Assembly (NCBI GenBank): GCA_963796275.1
Contig: CAWCKY010000006.1
Span: forward strand, 384,001 to 448,000
Source: an uncultured Acidobacteriota bacterium
GTDB lineage: Bacteria; Acidobacteriota; Blastocatellia; RBC074
Direction of reading: 5' to 3'
Length of the DNA: 64,000 nt
Shown here piece by piece: positions 47,442 to 57,610 of the stretch; positions within the stretch are counted from its first letter, which is position 1, and every line of letters begins with the position of its first letter. The notes beneath the pieces are model-generated. The model was not told where the DNA came from. It did no database searches and saw only the letters and a list, made by a program, of their open reading frames with translations. Both the position numbers and the translations under genes were made by a program.

Positions 47442-49941
47442 TTACACGCACTTAGAAAAACCGCAGTCCCTGCAGGTATAACAACCGCCCGCATATTCGA
47501 TCTGCTTGCCGCTGCACTCGGGGCAGACGCTGATCACTTTTTTCGAATCGACTGTGATCGGCGGCGTTATCACATTGGCGATGCTGACCGTCGGTTGTTG
47601 TATGGATTGCGCCATCGCCTGCTTGGCTGCCGCTCGAGCGGAGTCGGGCATATCTGCCAGACGACGTTTGGTGAGCAGTATGCATTCGGCGACGACTTGC
47701 TCCGGCGAAGTGCAGAGCCTTTCGTTGAACCAGATCGAGTGATTGCCGATAACTTTGTTCAAACTGGCCGCCACTTCTTCCGGGCCGAACCCACCGCGCA
47801 ACATCTTCGAAGCCAGGAGCCCTACGGAAACCGAAAGACCGGCGCCCGTGGCGAAGACTTCAAGCACCCGGCGGCTATCGTGATTGACGGTGACATACAG
47901 GTTCTGGTGATCGAATCGGATCTGCCACGTCGAACCGGCCAGCTCGCGCGGTCGTTCTATTTTTCCTTCCACCTCGGCCGGTTTGATAACTCTTGCCGGA
48001 AGGGACGCTGCCTTTGCTGCCGCCTCGACCTTACCCTCTAACTGCTTTCCTCCCCCCTCCGTCTCCTGCTTTTTGTCGCCGGCATTCTGTTCTGTCCCGA
48101 CAGCCGTTAAAACCTGGTTATCGCGCGAGCCATCGCGGTAGTAGCTCACCGCTTTAACTCCCATCTTCCACGCCAGGCGGTGGACGCGATCGGTGTCCTC
48201 GATCGTAAAGCTAGCAGGCGCGTTGACGGTCTTCGAGATGGAGTTATCAACGTGTTCCTGAAAGGTTTTGAGGACGCGCAGATGATCGTCCGGAGCCAGC
48301 ATCGTTGCATCGACGAAGTACTCGGGAAGCTTGTCGCGGTTCTCGACTATGTATGCGGCCGCGCGTTCGATCGATGCCGGATCGGACTGGTCAAGCTCGA
48401 GCCCGAGCACTTTAGCCGCGATCGGGTGCGCATAGGTGCGCGTCCCCAGTGTGTCGCGGCGCACATAAGCGTAAGAAAAATTCGGCTCGCAGCCTGAACT
48501 CGTCTCGGCGACGAGCGAAATCGTCCCGGTCGGCGCGATCGTCGACACTTCGTAGTTGCGAGGCGTGAGCGGAATCGATCGGTCGATACCTACTTCATCA
48601 TAGATCAGGTCTTCGTACAGTTCGCGGTTTGGCTCGAGCTCGGGCATCGGCCCTTTCTCCGCGCCGATAGCGAGCGAGGCCTTCCACGACTCCTTGCGGA
48701 AGAAATCCATCATACGACCGGCGAAGAGCGCCGATTCGGCGGTCCCGTACGAGATGCGCTTGTGGAGCAGCAGATCGGCGAACCCCATTAAGCCGAGTCC
48801 CACCGGGCGCGTCCGGTGCACTGTATCGTGAATCTCGGGCAACGGCCATGTGCAGGTATCGATCACGTTATCGAGAAATCGCACGCACCAGTAAATGTCG
48901 GCAGAGAAGCTATCCCAATCGATGTCATCCGTCTTTTCGTCGTAATATTTCGCAATATCAATAGAGCCCAGGTTGCACGCATTGTAATCGTGCAGCATCT
49001 GTTCGGCACATGGGTTCGACGCTTTCTTCAACCCCATCGAATTGCGCAGCGGATTGTGATGGTTGACATTGTCTATAAAGATGATTCCCGGCTCCGCCCA
49101 TCGATGCGTCGATTCGATGATGCGGCGCCAGATGTCGGGCGCATAGACCATGCCCGGGCTTCGGAGGCTCTTGTCCGTTATAAGCGTAATCGCCGCCCTG
49201 GCCGTCATTGACTTGCGGATCGAAGATGGGACGATCCCATGACTTGCCGTTGAACTCCGTCTCGAACCATTCGTTGTTATCGACGGCGTGCAGGAATTTA
49301 TCGGTGATAGTGACTGAAATATTGAAGTTGGTCAGGCTCTTCTGGTCGTTTTTCGCATGAATGAAGCGCAAAATGTCAGGATGCGCAACTGAGAGAATGC
49401 CCATATTCGCGCCGCGCCGCACGCCTCCCTGTTTGACGGTCTCGGTCATCGTATTGACGATCTGCATAAAGGAAACAGGGCCTGATGCGAGGCCACGGCC
49501 TTCGCCTACGGGCGTGCCAGCTGGCCGCAGGAGCTCATAAGTCATCCCGCTGCCACCGCCGCTCTGGTGGATGAGCGCGCACTGCTTGGCGTGCTCCATA
49601 ATGCCATCGAGCGAATCGGGAACAGGGAGAACGAAACATGCAGCCAACTGAGCCTTCGGTTTTCCCGCGTTGACGAGACACGGCGTATTCGGGACGAATG
49701 CGCGCTCCTCCATCAACCTCAACATCTGTATGGTAAATTCCTCGCGGCCCTGTGGGTCCGTCTCCGCCTTGGCCACGTGCGATACCACGCGCTTGACGAT
49801 GTCTTCCCATCCTTCGAGGGGATTGCCTATAATATCTTTCAAAGAATAACGTTTGGCCACCACGCGCTGAGCATTGATTCCCAATGAATTTTTAGCGGCG
49901 GGGCTGGCAAATTGAATAATTTTTTGTTTGCTTGCGCTCAT
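47442..49941 (-). CDS. nrdJ: class II (AdoCbl-dependent) ribonucleotide reductase with a +1 frameshift near 49152-49158
   Basis: Frame 1 has PNTPCL, QLAACFV, SGGGSG and GGVRRGANM. Frame 2 has AEPGIIF, SNPCAEQ, ACNLGS, APTGTIS, TSCPD-like region and C-terminal [13 protein letters not shown]. Removing one base from CCC GGG C ATG joins them. Confidence 0.92.
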
Positions 49942-50210
49942 TTGTGCCTTCCTCGCTATCCGGTTTTAATTGCCTGACCTTCAATAAAATATGAGGCCGC
50001 TTCCCTGTCTACCGTATCTCCATCTCGGCTCATCCAGGCCAAAGTCCCTGCCGGCGAACTCCCATCCGTCTTTATAGACACCTCCAGGTGCCCGTCATAG
50101 AGTTATACTCTAACGGTTAAAGACCCAAATGCTTGCAAAAGTTAAGCTGGGGAGCTCTGAGCCGATGCAGTTACATGGTCCTTTTGGTCTCGAGCGGGGC
50201 AAAATATATT

Positions 50211-50258
50211 CCACTAGATATAGAGTTGTCAACCGGAAAACGCAACAATCTGTTGTGG
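50211..50258. promoter_or_regulatory. tandem NrdR boxes upstream of nrdJ
   Basis: CCACTAGATATAGAGT (50211-50226) and CAACAATCTGTTGTGG (50243-50258), 32 bp apart, resemble the acaCwAtATaTwGtgt consensus. Confidence 0.8.
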
Positions 50259-50784
50259 TTTTTCTTAAGTGACGGCGGATAAAAGTGTAATTGTAAAAAT
50301 GACCGGCTACGGAAAAACGCCGGGTATTTGGAGAGAAGGGAACTAAGATACGGGAGGCCGGCGAGAGTTTGCTCCGCCATTTATCCAGGTTTTGTAGCCG
50401 GTAACTTCAAGCTTGAGGAGAAAGCTTGATACTTCGACGCAGTCGGGTGGGATTTTGTGAAAGAAGATCGGGTTGGGGTCCAGGTTGGGACTTAACCATC
50501 CATTGACTGCCGGCGGTGTTATTGGGTAAGTTGCATTTATTTTTCAATGACCATCATTGAAGAGCCACGACTGAGACCCAATCTAGCCGGTATTTTCAAC
50601 GACCAGTTAAAATAATTACTTATACATCGGCATGTTTGGGTTGAGCTCCACCCTATGAATAATTGCGCAGTCGATGTGTTGGTGCTAAGCTGAGCTCCTG
50701 GTTCATTCCGCATCAAAACAGCGGCAAGATGCGGCGAGCATAAGCCGTTTTCTGATCATTCAATTTTGAGGACGAAGAGAAGAT

Positions 50785-51096
50785 ATGACATCCTGGATCG
50801 TATTGATCTATGCAATTCTTATTGCTGTTGGCGGACTAATGGGGTACGTCAAAGCTAAAAGCGCACCATCTCTCATTGCAGGGGTGGTTGCAGGAGTTAT
50901 CCTGGCCGGTTCTGCCATCGCGATGATGAAGGACGCCTATCAAGCCGGGTGGTGGATCGCACTGATCGTAACGATTTTGTTGCTTGTGCGATTCGGCATG
51001 GCGGCGATGAATGAATTCAAAATGATGCCGGGCGGAATGGTAATTGTTCTGAGTCTGATTGTGCTTGTAGTCCTGCTCACTAATCGAGGGAGATAA
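50785..51096 (+). CDS. TMEM14 family small membrane protein
   Basis: YAILIAVGGLMGYVKAKSAPSLIAG and KMMPGG. Confidence 0.88.
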   Translation: MTSWIVLIYAILIAVGGLMGYVKAKSAPSLIAGVVAGVILAGSAIAMMKDAYQAGWWIALIVTILLLVRFGMAAMNEFKMMPGGMVIVLSLIVLVVLLTNRGR

Positions 51097-51119
51097 TTAA
51101 CTTTAGGAGGCAATAAACA

Positions 51120-51749
51120 ATGAGCAATATCGTATACAAAGCGAAGACGTTCGACCTGAGCGGGTTGAATGGAATTTCTGATGCAACTCTGGCCATGCAC
51201 TTCAAACTCTATGAAGGGTACGTCACCAATACCAACCTGCTCAACGAGCAGATTGCTGAGTTATTGAAGACCGAGATCACACCAAAAGAGATGCCGATTT
51301 ATTCGGAGCTGGTTCGGCGCCTCGGTTTTGAATACAACGGGATGGTCCTGCACGAGTGGTACTTCGGTAATATGAAGAAGGGGGGCAGCAGCGATCCTGA
51401 TAAATCGTCGGCATTACACAAAGCCGCTGAGGCAAATTTCGGGAGCTTCGAGACCTGGAAGAAGAGCTTTGTGACTATCGGCAAAATGCGCGGCGTGGGT
51501 TGGGCGGCGACCTACCAGGATCCTGTTACGGGACGGCTATCGAATCACTGGATCAACCTGCACGAGACAGGTAATGTCGCTGGTTTCGTTCCCATTCTGA
51601 TTATGGATGTTTGGGAGCACGCCTTCCTCAAGGATTACGCGCCCGCCGACCGTCCGAAATACATCGAGGCCTTCTTTTCGAACATCGATTGGGCAGCGTG
51701 CAATGAGCGTCTGGCCAAGGGGGCTGCGGCGAGGCCGGTGGCGGTTTAG
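51120..51749 (+). CDS. Fe/Mn superoxide dismutase (ChrC-like subgroup)
   Basis: HFKLYEGYV, LHEWYFGN, RGVGW and MDVWEHAF metal ligands; AGGAGG SD. Confidence 0.92.
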   Translation: MSNIVYKAKTFDLSGLNGISDATLAMHFKLYEGYVTNTNLLNEQIAELLKTEITPKEMPIYSELVRRLGFEYNGMVLHEWYFGNMKKGGSSDPDKSSALHKAAEANFGSFETWKKSFVTIGKMRGVGWAATYQDPVTGRLSNHWINLHETGNVAGFVPILIMDVWEHAFLKDYAPADRPKYIEAFFSNIDWAACNERLAKGAAARPVAV

Positions 51750-51810
51750 AGATCGCGGAGATTCACCGCAACAAACACAGGTATGGGATTTTGTAGCAAA
51801 TCTCTTACTT

Positions 51811-51850
51811 AAAAAAGAAGCCTGCCGATTAAGGCAGGCTTCCTGTTTTA
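51811..51850. terminator. bidirectional intrinsic terminator between sod and degP
   Basis: AAAAAAGAAGCCTGCC-gattaa-GGCAGGCTTCCTGTTTTT. Confidence 0.85.
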
Positions 51851-51866
51851 TGGTTCAAATCGGTCT

Positions 51867-53429
51867 CTATTCCTGAGCTGTAATGACGACGAAAACGGAT
51901 CTCTCGCCGCGATGAAAACGCAACAAGACTTCCTTCTTATCCGCCTTCGACATTGCAGCATTGAACTCATCGATGCTGGTAACCGATTGTTTATTCACTG
52001 ATTCGATGATATCGCCGCGTCGCAAAGTACCGGCGGCGTTGCTATCAGGATCCACCTCGGTGACGATGACCCCGCGGATATCCGGCAAATTGCGGCTCAA
52101 TTCCGGCGTCAGGTTTTCAACGCGAACGCCGCTCAAAACGCCGCCGTTTGGATTTGGGGTATCTTTGCCCGGTCGATCCGCTGCATTGGCTGTTATGTCG
52201 ATCTCACCCAGCTTTGCCGTAACCACGCTCTCCGATCCTTCACGGAAGAGTTTTATCTTGGCGGTGGTTCCTGGGGGAGTTGACGATACCATGTTTCGGA
52301 ATTGAGCGTAGTCGGTGATGCGCTGACCGTTAAACTCGGTGATAACATCGCCATCCTTGATCCCGGCATTATCTGCCGGATCGCCCTTGGTAATCTCATT
52401 AACAACGATTCCATCAACACCCTTATAACCCAGCTGCCTGGCTAATTCGGGGGATATATCACCACCATATAAGCCAAGTTTGCCGCGGCGAACTTTCCCG
52501 CTCCGAATCAATTGATCCATCACATTGCGCGCCATTTTGGTAGGAATGGCAAAACCGATGCCGATGTTGCCACCCGACTGTGAATATATCTGCGAAGGAA
52601 TTCCCACCAGCTCTCCGCGCAGATTGACGAGCGCGCCGCCCGAATTGCCCCGATTGATGGCAGCATCCGTCTGCAGGAAATCTTCATAACCACCGCTGGC
52701 GACCGGTGATTGCCGTCCCTTAGCGCTGATTATTCCCATGGTGACGGTTTGCCCGATGCCAAGCGGGTTGCCGACCGCGAGAACGAGATCGCCTATCTCG
52801 ACATTGTCAGAATTACCGAACGGAAGCGTAGGAAGATTGGTGGACTCTATTTTGATCACGGCGAGATCGCTGGCAGGATCCTTACCGATGACCTTCGCTT
52901 GAAACGAACGGCGGTCGGTCAACTCGACTGTAACTTTATCCGCATCCTCGACCACATGGTTGTTGGTGATTATGTAACCGTCAGGACTGACGATTATTCC
53001 CGAACCGAGGCCCGTCGGTCGTAAACGCCCCTGAGGCGGTTGATTGCGTGGTGTCTGGCGGCGGCGCGGTGTGCCTTCATCATCCTGATCCGGTTGGTTG
53101 AAGAAATCGCGGAATGGTTCGAAGAAGAACGGGACCGTCTGCTGTTGGCGAGCGCGGCTCTCAACATTGATCGTGACTACCGTCGGCGTCACCGCCTTGG
53201 CGATCGCAGAGAACCCTCCATTGATCGTCACCTGATCATTCACTTTAGGATCTGATGAAACATAGATCGGGACTTTGTTATTATTGCTATCGTTGAACCA
53301 GCCGGCTGTCGCTGCAGAACCCGCGAGCGCGCCGATCAGCAGGACAGCCATGCCGATAATCCCTAAAATGGGACGGCTCAGCCGTTGGCGCCTGTCTATA
53401 TTCATAATTCGATTTATACCAGTTTCCAT
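51867..53429 (-). CDS. degP: DegP/HtrA (Do family) serine protease with two PDZ domains
   Basis: GLGSGIIV, TNNHVV, DLAVIK and QTDAAINRGNSGG. Confidence 0.95.
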   Translation of the reverse strand: METGINRIMNIDRRQRLSRPILGIIGMAVLLIGALAGSAATAGWFNDSNNNKVPIYVSSDPKVNDQVTINGGFSAIAKAVTPTVVTINVESRARQQQTVPFFFEPFRDFFNQPDQDDEGTPRRRQTPRNQPPQGRLRPTGLGSGIIVSPDGYIITNNHVVEDADKVTVELTDRRSFQAKVIGKDPASDLAVIKIESTNLPTLPFGNSDNVEIGDLVLAVGNPLGIGQTVTMGIISAKGRQSPVASGGYEDFLQTDAAINRGNSGGALVNLRGELVGIPSQIYSQSGGNIGIGFAIPTKMARNVMDQLIRSGKVRRGKLGLYGGDISPELARQLGYKGVDGIVVNEITKGDPADNAGIKDGDVITEFNGQRITDYAQFRNMVSSTPPGTTAKIKLFREGSESVVTAKLGEIDITANAADRPGKDTPNPNGGVLSGVRVENLTPELSRNLPDIRGVIVTEVDPDSNAAGTLRRGDIIESVNKQSVTSIDEFNAAMSKADKKEVLLRFHRGERSVFVVITAQE

Positions 53430-53650
53430 AGCTTTGGCTCCTCAGCAGCTACAGGAGGATTTGTGCTTCCGGTAGCTCTTATTGTTTCACTGCGCCGCAC
53501 CAGCGACGTTAACATGACCTCATAACTACTCTTGATTGCTGCAACGTAATATTCAAAGCCTGTGCGATATCCGTTCGAATGCAGCTTATCATCTTAGCAA
53601 CGGCAATCAACCTTTTCAAGAACCATACCTTCAAGAACCATACCGAGGCT

Positions 53651-53875
53651 CCTGATCGTTCCTGTTCATCCAGGACGGCCATTGTCGACTTGCTACCTGA
53701 TCGTTCCTGTTCATCCAGGACGGCCATTGTCGACTTGCTACCTGATCGTTCCTGTTCATCCAGGACGGCCATTGCCGACTTGCTACCTGATCGTTCCTGT
53801 TCATCCAGGACGGCCATTGTCGACTTGCTACCTAATCGTTCCTGTTCATCCAGGACGGCCATTGCCGACTTGCTA
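53651..53875. repeat. 45-bp tandem repeat x5 without spacers
   Basis: Unit CCTGATCGTTCCTGTTCATCCAGGACGGCCATTG(T/C)CGACTTGCTA; preceded by a 15-bp duplication TTCAAGAACCATACC x2 at 53615-53644. Confidence 0.97.
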
Positions 53876-54029
53876 AATGATGCGATTGGAGGTATTGGGG
53901 TTGCTCTCTGCATGATTAGAAAATTGGAAGGTGAAACGTGAAGGCAATGGAAAAGGCGGAGGTAGCTATAAAAATGCCAAAAAGAGCAAATATTTCGAGC
54001 GTTGTTTGCCGCTCTCTTTGTGTGCGTCC

Positions 54030-55301
54030 TTACACCTGGGTTTTCAATCGATTGGCATAGAGCGGGAAATTAGCAGTCAATTTCTTCACCTCGGCGCCGA
54101 CCCGACGGCGCACCTCTTCCTCTTCAGGAGCTTCGAGGACTTCGGCCATCAATAGAGCAATTTTGCGCATCTCATCCTCGCCCATCCCACGCGTCGTTAG
54201 CGCTGGAGTGCCGATGCGGATTCCGCTCGCTTTAAGCGGCGGGTTGGCGTCGAAAGGAATGGTGTTCTTATTGACGGTTATCCTGGCGGATTCCAGGGAT
54301 TTCTCGGCGATATTGCCGGTTATCCCTTTTGAGAAGACATCGAGAAGGAAGAGGTGATTATCGGTGCCGCCCGAGACGACCCTGAAACCGGTATCGCCGA
54401 GAGCCTGGGCGAGCGCTTTCGCGTTCACGATGATCTTCTGTTGATATGATCTGAACTCGGGCTGAAGCGCCTCTTTGAAGGACACCGCTTTCGCCGCGAT
54501 GATATGCACCAGCGGGCCGCCCTGAATGCCCGGAAAGAGAGTGCGGTCCAGGTCTTTTGCGAATTGCTCTTTGCACATAATGATTCCGGCGCGCGGGCCG
54601 CGGAGCGTCTTGTGCGTCGTCGTCGTCACAAAATCACAGTGAGGCACGGGCGAGGGGTGCAATCCGGTCGCGACGAGGCCGGCGATATGTGCGATGTCGG
54701 CGAGCACCAGCGCGCCCGCGTTGTGGGCGATATTTGCGATGCGCTCGAAATCGATGATCCGAGAATAGGCAGATGCGCCGCAGACGATCAGTTTGGGCTT
54801 GTGTTCCTGGGCGAGACGTTCCATCTCATCATAATCGATCGTCTCGTCCGTGCGGCGAACGTGATAAGGCACGACTTTGAAGCTTTTACCGGAGAAGTTG
54901 AGCGGGTGGCCGTGAGTCAGATGCCCGCCGTGCGAGAGGTCCATCCCGAGAATGGTATCGCCGTGCCGGCACGCGGTCATATAGACAGCCATATTCGCCT
55001 GGCTTCCGGAGTGCGGTTGTACGTTGACATGCTCGGCGCCGAACAGTTGTTTGGCGCGGTCGATCGCCAGATTCTCCACGATGTCAGTGAATTCGCATCC
55101 GCCGTAATATCTTTTGCCCGGCGTGCCTTCGGCATATTTGTTGGTGAATACCGAGCCGGCCGCCTCAAGCACGGCTTCAGAGACGAAATTTTCGGAAGCG
55201 ATCAGCTCGAGGCCTTCGTCCTGGCGTCTGGTCTCGTTCTGTATGGCGGCGTAGATTTCAGGATCGACTTGTGCGAGAGGGCGGTAATGATTAGTTGGCA
55301 T
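54030..55301 (-). CDS. glyA: serine hydroxymethyltransferase
   Basis: [30 protein letters not shown] and [11 protein letters not shown]. Confidence 0.98.
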   Translation of the reverse strand: MPTNHYRPLAQVDPEIYAAIQNETRRQDEGLELIASENFVSEAVLEAAGSVFTNKYAEGTPGKRYYGGCEFTDIVENLAIDRAKQLFGAEHVNVQPHSGSQANMAVYMTACRHGDTILGMDLSHGGHLTHGHPLNFSGKSFKVVPYHVRRTDETIDYDEMERLAQEHKPKLIVCGASAYSRIIDFERIANIAHNAGALVLADIAHIAGLVATGLHPSPVPHCDFVTTTTHKTLRGPRAGIIMCKEQFAKDLDRTLFPGIQGGPLVHIIAAKAVSFKEALQPEFRSYQQKIIVNAKALAQALGDTGFRVVSGGTDNHLFLLDVFSKGITGNIAEKSLESARITVNKNTIPFDANPPLKASGIRIGTPALTTRGMGEDEMRKIALLMAEVLEAPEEEEVRRRVGAEVKKLTANFPLYANRLKTQV

Positions 55302-55512
55302 CTTCGCAAACCCTATTAAAAATAAGGAAGTAAATAAAAAGCTATGCTAGCGCAGGTTGGCCGGAAATTCACCACAAAATTCACAATAGAGGTAAAAAAC
55401 TCAAAATGCGATGAATACAGATCCGGGTTGCCAGTCGGTGAAATGTGTGCGTAAATTGGTGCCCATCGCGTTGCTTCCCTAAGACTAGTTGACTGAACAA
55501 GATAATTTCCCC

Positions 55513-57348
55513 ATGGATATTTCTCTAACTCGAAGTTCGTCGAAGGGTGTTCAATCCCTGATTCGCAATCCCCAATCCGCAATCTTCATCGCATCCACCG
55601 TTATGGTGATCGTCTCCTGGAGGCGATGGATGAGCCCGATAGTCGACAGCGGTCGCGAATTGGATATGCCGCTCCGCCTGTTGCGCGGAGAGATGCTATA
55701 TCGGGATGTGCACTATCTCTATCCGCCCTTTTCCCCGTATTTCAATGCCTTGCTGTATCGTCTCTTCACACCCCACATCGACGTGTTGCAGGCGAGCGGC
55801 CTGGTATGCGCCGCCCTGGTGATCATATTGTGCTATCGGATCGCACGCCGCCTCATGCCGCCGTTCGGTAGCCTCGTTGCGGTTGTTGCGATCATCATCT
55901 GGAGCGTCTTCAAGCCGTCGGGGAATTTGGTATTTCCCTATTCGTTCGCTGCGCTGCACGGTATGGTCATTGCGCTCGCCGTCCTGCTCGTGACACTGCG
56001 TTATGTTGAAAAAAGACGACCGCGCGAACTGCTCGCCGCGGGCGCTCTGATCGGATTGGCAGCCATCACCAAGCAGGAGTTTGCGCTCGCCGGCGCAGCG
56101 ACCGCCGGGGCAGCAGTGGTCTATCTCGATCGAACCGATATTAAGCGGATGATCTTAAATCTGCTGGCGATAGCGGCGCCGATAGCGGCGATAGCGCTTC
56201 CAGTCTATGGTTTCCTGATATATTCCGTTGGTTGGCCGACGCTGGTTAAAGATAGCCATTTATTTTACACACATCTGCCGCGGTCACTGGTTATCTACAA
56301 TTCGCAGCGCAGCGGGCTGGACAATCCGCTCTCTTCGTTGACGCAGATGATCGGCGGCGCCACGGTCGGATCGCTCATTGCGAGCGCGATCATCACGTTC
56401 AGCCTGGTCAGGGCACGCCGGAGATCGCAAGAGAATTTCTCTGATCCGATGCGCCGAGTACTGCGTTGGGCAGCTGGCTCAATGCTCCTGTTCTGTCTGA
56501 TTATCGTTGTCATCAGTGTTGCACTGGGTACTAAATGGGATGGCAGCCCGTTGCGAGCCTTACCGATTCTTTTGATCGGGGTGATCGCGGTTGAATGGGT
56601 TCGCGGCCGAGAGCGGAGGAGTGAAACAGGCACATATCTATTCATACTCTCGGTCTACAGTCTTGCGGTGCTGGCGCGGGTAGCGATGCGCGTCCCGAGC
56701 GGCGGAGCTTTCGGAAGTTTCTTCCTGCCGACATCGTTGATTCTGATCGTCTATGTATTGAACCGATCCCTCCCCGATCTGGTGGCGGGATGGGCGGATA
56801 GCCGTATCGTCGGCGATTACGTGAGAAGATTCGGTCTCGGGCTGATAGTAACTCTGATTGCGATCACGTTCATTGTGTTCACCGTGCGGTTTCGCCATAA
56901 CTTCCGATACGAAGTCGAGACATCGCGAGGAAACTTCTTTACCAGAACTGCGAGCGGCGAAGCGATGAATCAGGCGATCGCGTTCATTCAATCGCACACC
57001 GGGAAAGAGGAGGCCATCGCAGTCGCGCCGGAAGGGAGCGACCTGGCTTTTTTTAGCGAAAGACGGATGATCTTCCGATATCCGATTATGCATCCGGATT
57101 TTATGGATGAGCGCGAGGAGATGGCCGCCATAGAGCGGCTTCAGCGTGCAGGCGTGCGTTATGTATTGATTGTTAATCGCCCGATGAGAGAGTTCGGCGC
57201 CGAAGCTTTCGGAAGAGATTATAACCATATCCTCGGCGGGTGGATTGAGGAGAACTTCCGTGTGGTTAAGGTGTGCGGCCAAAACACCGATCCGTCGCAA
57301 CAGATCGGTGATCCGGACTTTTTTATCAAAATTCTCCAGTCGAAATAA
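55513..57348 (+). CDS. polytopic GT-C fold (ArnT/PMT-like) glycosyltransferase
   Basis: DSGRELD, LYRDVHYLYPPFSPY and AAITKQE, many TM segments and a soluble C-terminus; start uncertain. Confidence 0.7.
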   Translation: MDISLTRSSSKGVQSLIRNPQSAIFIASTVMVIVSWRRWMSPIVDSGRELDMPLRLLRGEMLYRDVHYLYPPFSPYFNALLYRLFTPHIDVLQASGLVCAALVIILCYRIARRLMPPFGSLVAVVAIIIWSVFKPSGNLVFPYSFAALHGMVIALAVLLVTLRYVEKRRPRELLAAGALIGLAAITKQEFALAGAATAGAAVVYLDRTDIKRMILNLLAIAAPIAAIALPVYGFLIYSVGWPTLVKDSHLFYTHLPRSLVIYNSQRSGLDNPLSSLTQMIGGATVGSLIASAIITFSLVRARRRSQENFSDPMRRVLRWAAGSMLLFCLIIVVISVALGTKWDGSPLRALPILLIGVIAVEWVRGRERRSETGTYLFILSVYSLAVLARVAMRVPSGGAFGSFFLPTSLILIVYVLNRSLPDLVAGWADSRIVGDYVRRFGLGLIVTLIAITFIVFTVRFRHNFRYEVETSRGNFFTRTASGEAMNQAIAFIQSHTGKEEAIAVAPEGSDLAFFSERRMIFRYPIMHPDFMDEREEMAAIERLQRAGVRYVLIVNRPMREFGAEAFGRDYNHILGGWIEENFRVVKVCGQNTDPSQQIGDPDFFIKILQSK

Positions 57349-57399
57349 ATGAGGACTGTGCCAATTAAAGTTGGTAATTATCAACAGTTTCTGATTGGC

Positions 57400-57545
57400 T
57401 CTGGAGGAGCCCGATCTATATAGCATTCGATTACCCAAGTCTCAAAAGCTCCGGAGCGACATATAAACATTCAGATGTCGCTCCTCCGGAGCTTGCGAGA
57501 TTTGCGTAATCTTCATCTATAAATATCCCGCGCCTCTGGCGCTCA
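57400..57545. repeat. REP-like palindromic element
   Basis: AAGCTCCGGAGCGACAT ... ATGTCGCTCCTCCGGAGCTT core with degenerate outer arms; lies between convergent genes. Confidence 0.7.
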
Positions 57546-57610
57546 GATGCGATTCCGTTTATTCCAATGACCCGTTATTTGCACGCTCCTCAAATAAATG
57601 CCGGTAAATA

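Noticed and set aside
47442-49941. Intein or intron explaining the split nrdJ
   Set aside because: The halves join by removing one base; there is no inserted sequence or splicing motif.
49942-50210. Cobalamin riboswitch upstream of nrdJ
   Set aside because: B12-box and conserved core motifs not found by eye; kept only as a weak structured-leader finding.
53651-53875. CRISPR array
   Set aside because: Units are contiguous with no unique spacers, and no cas genes are in the window.
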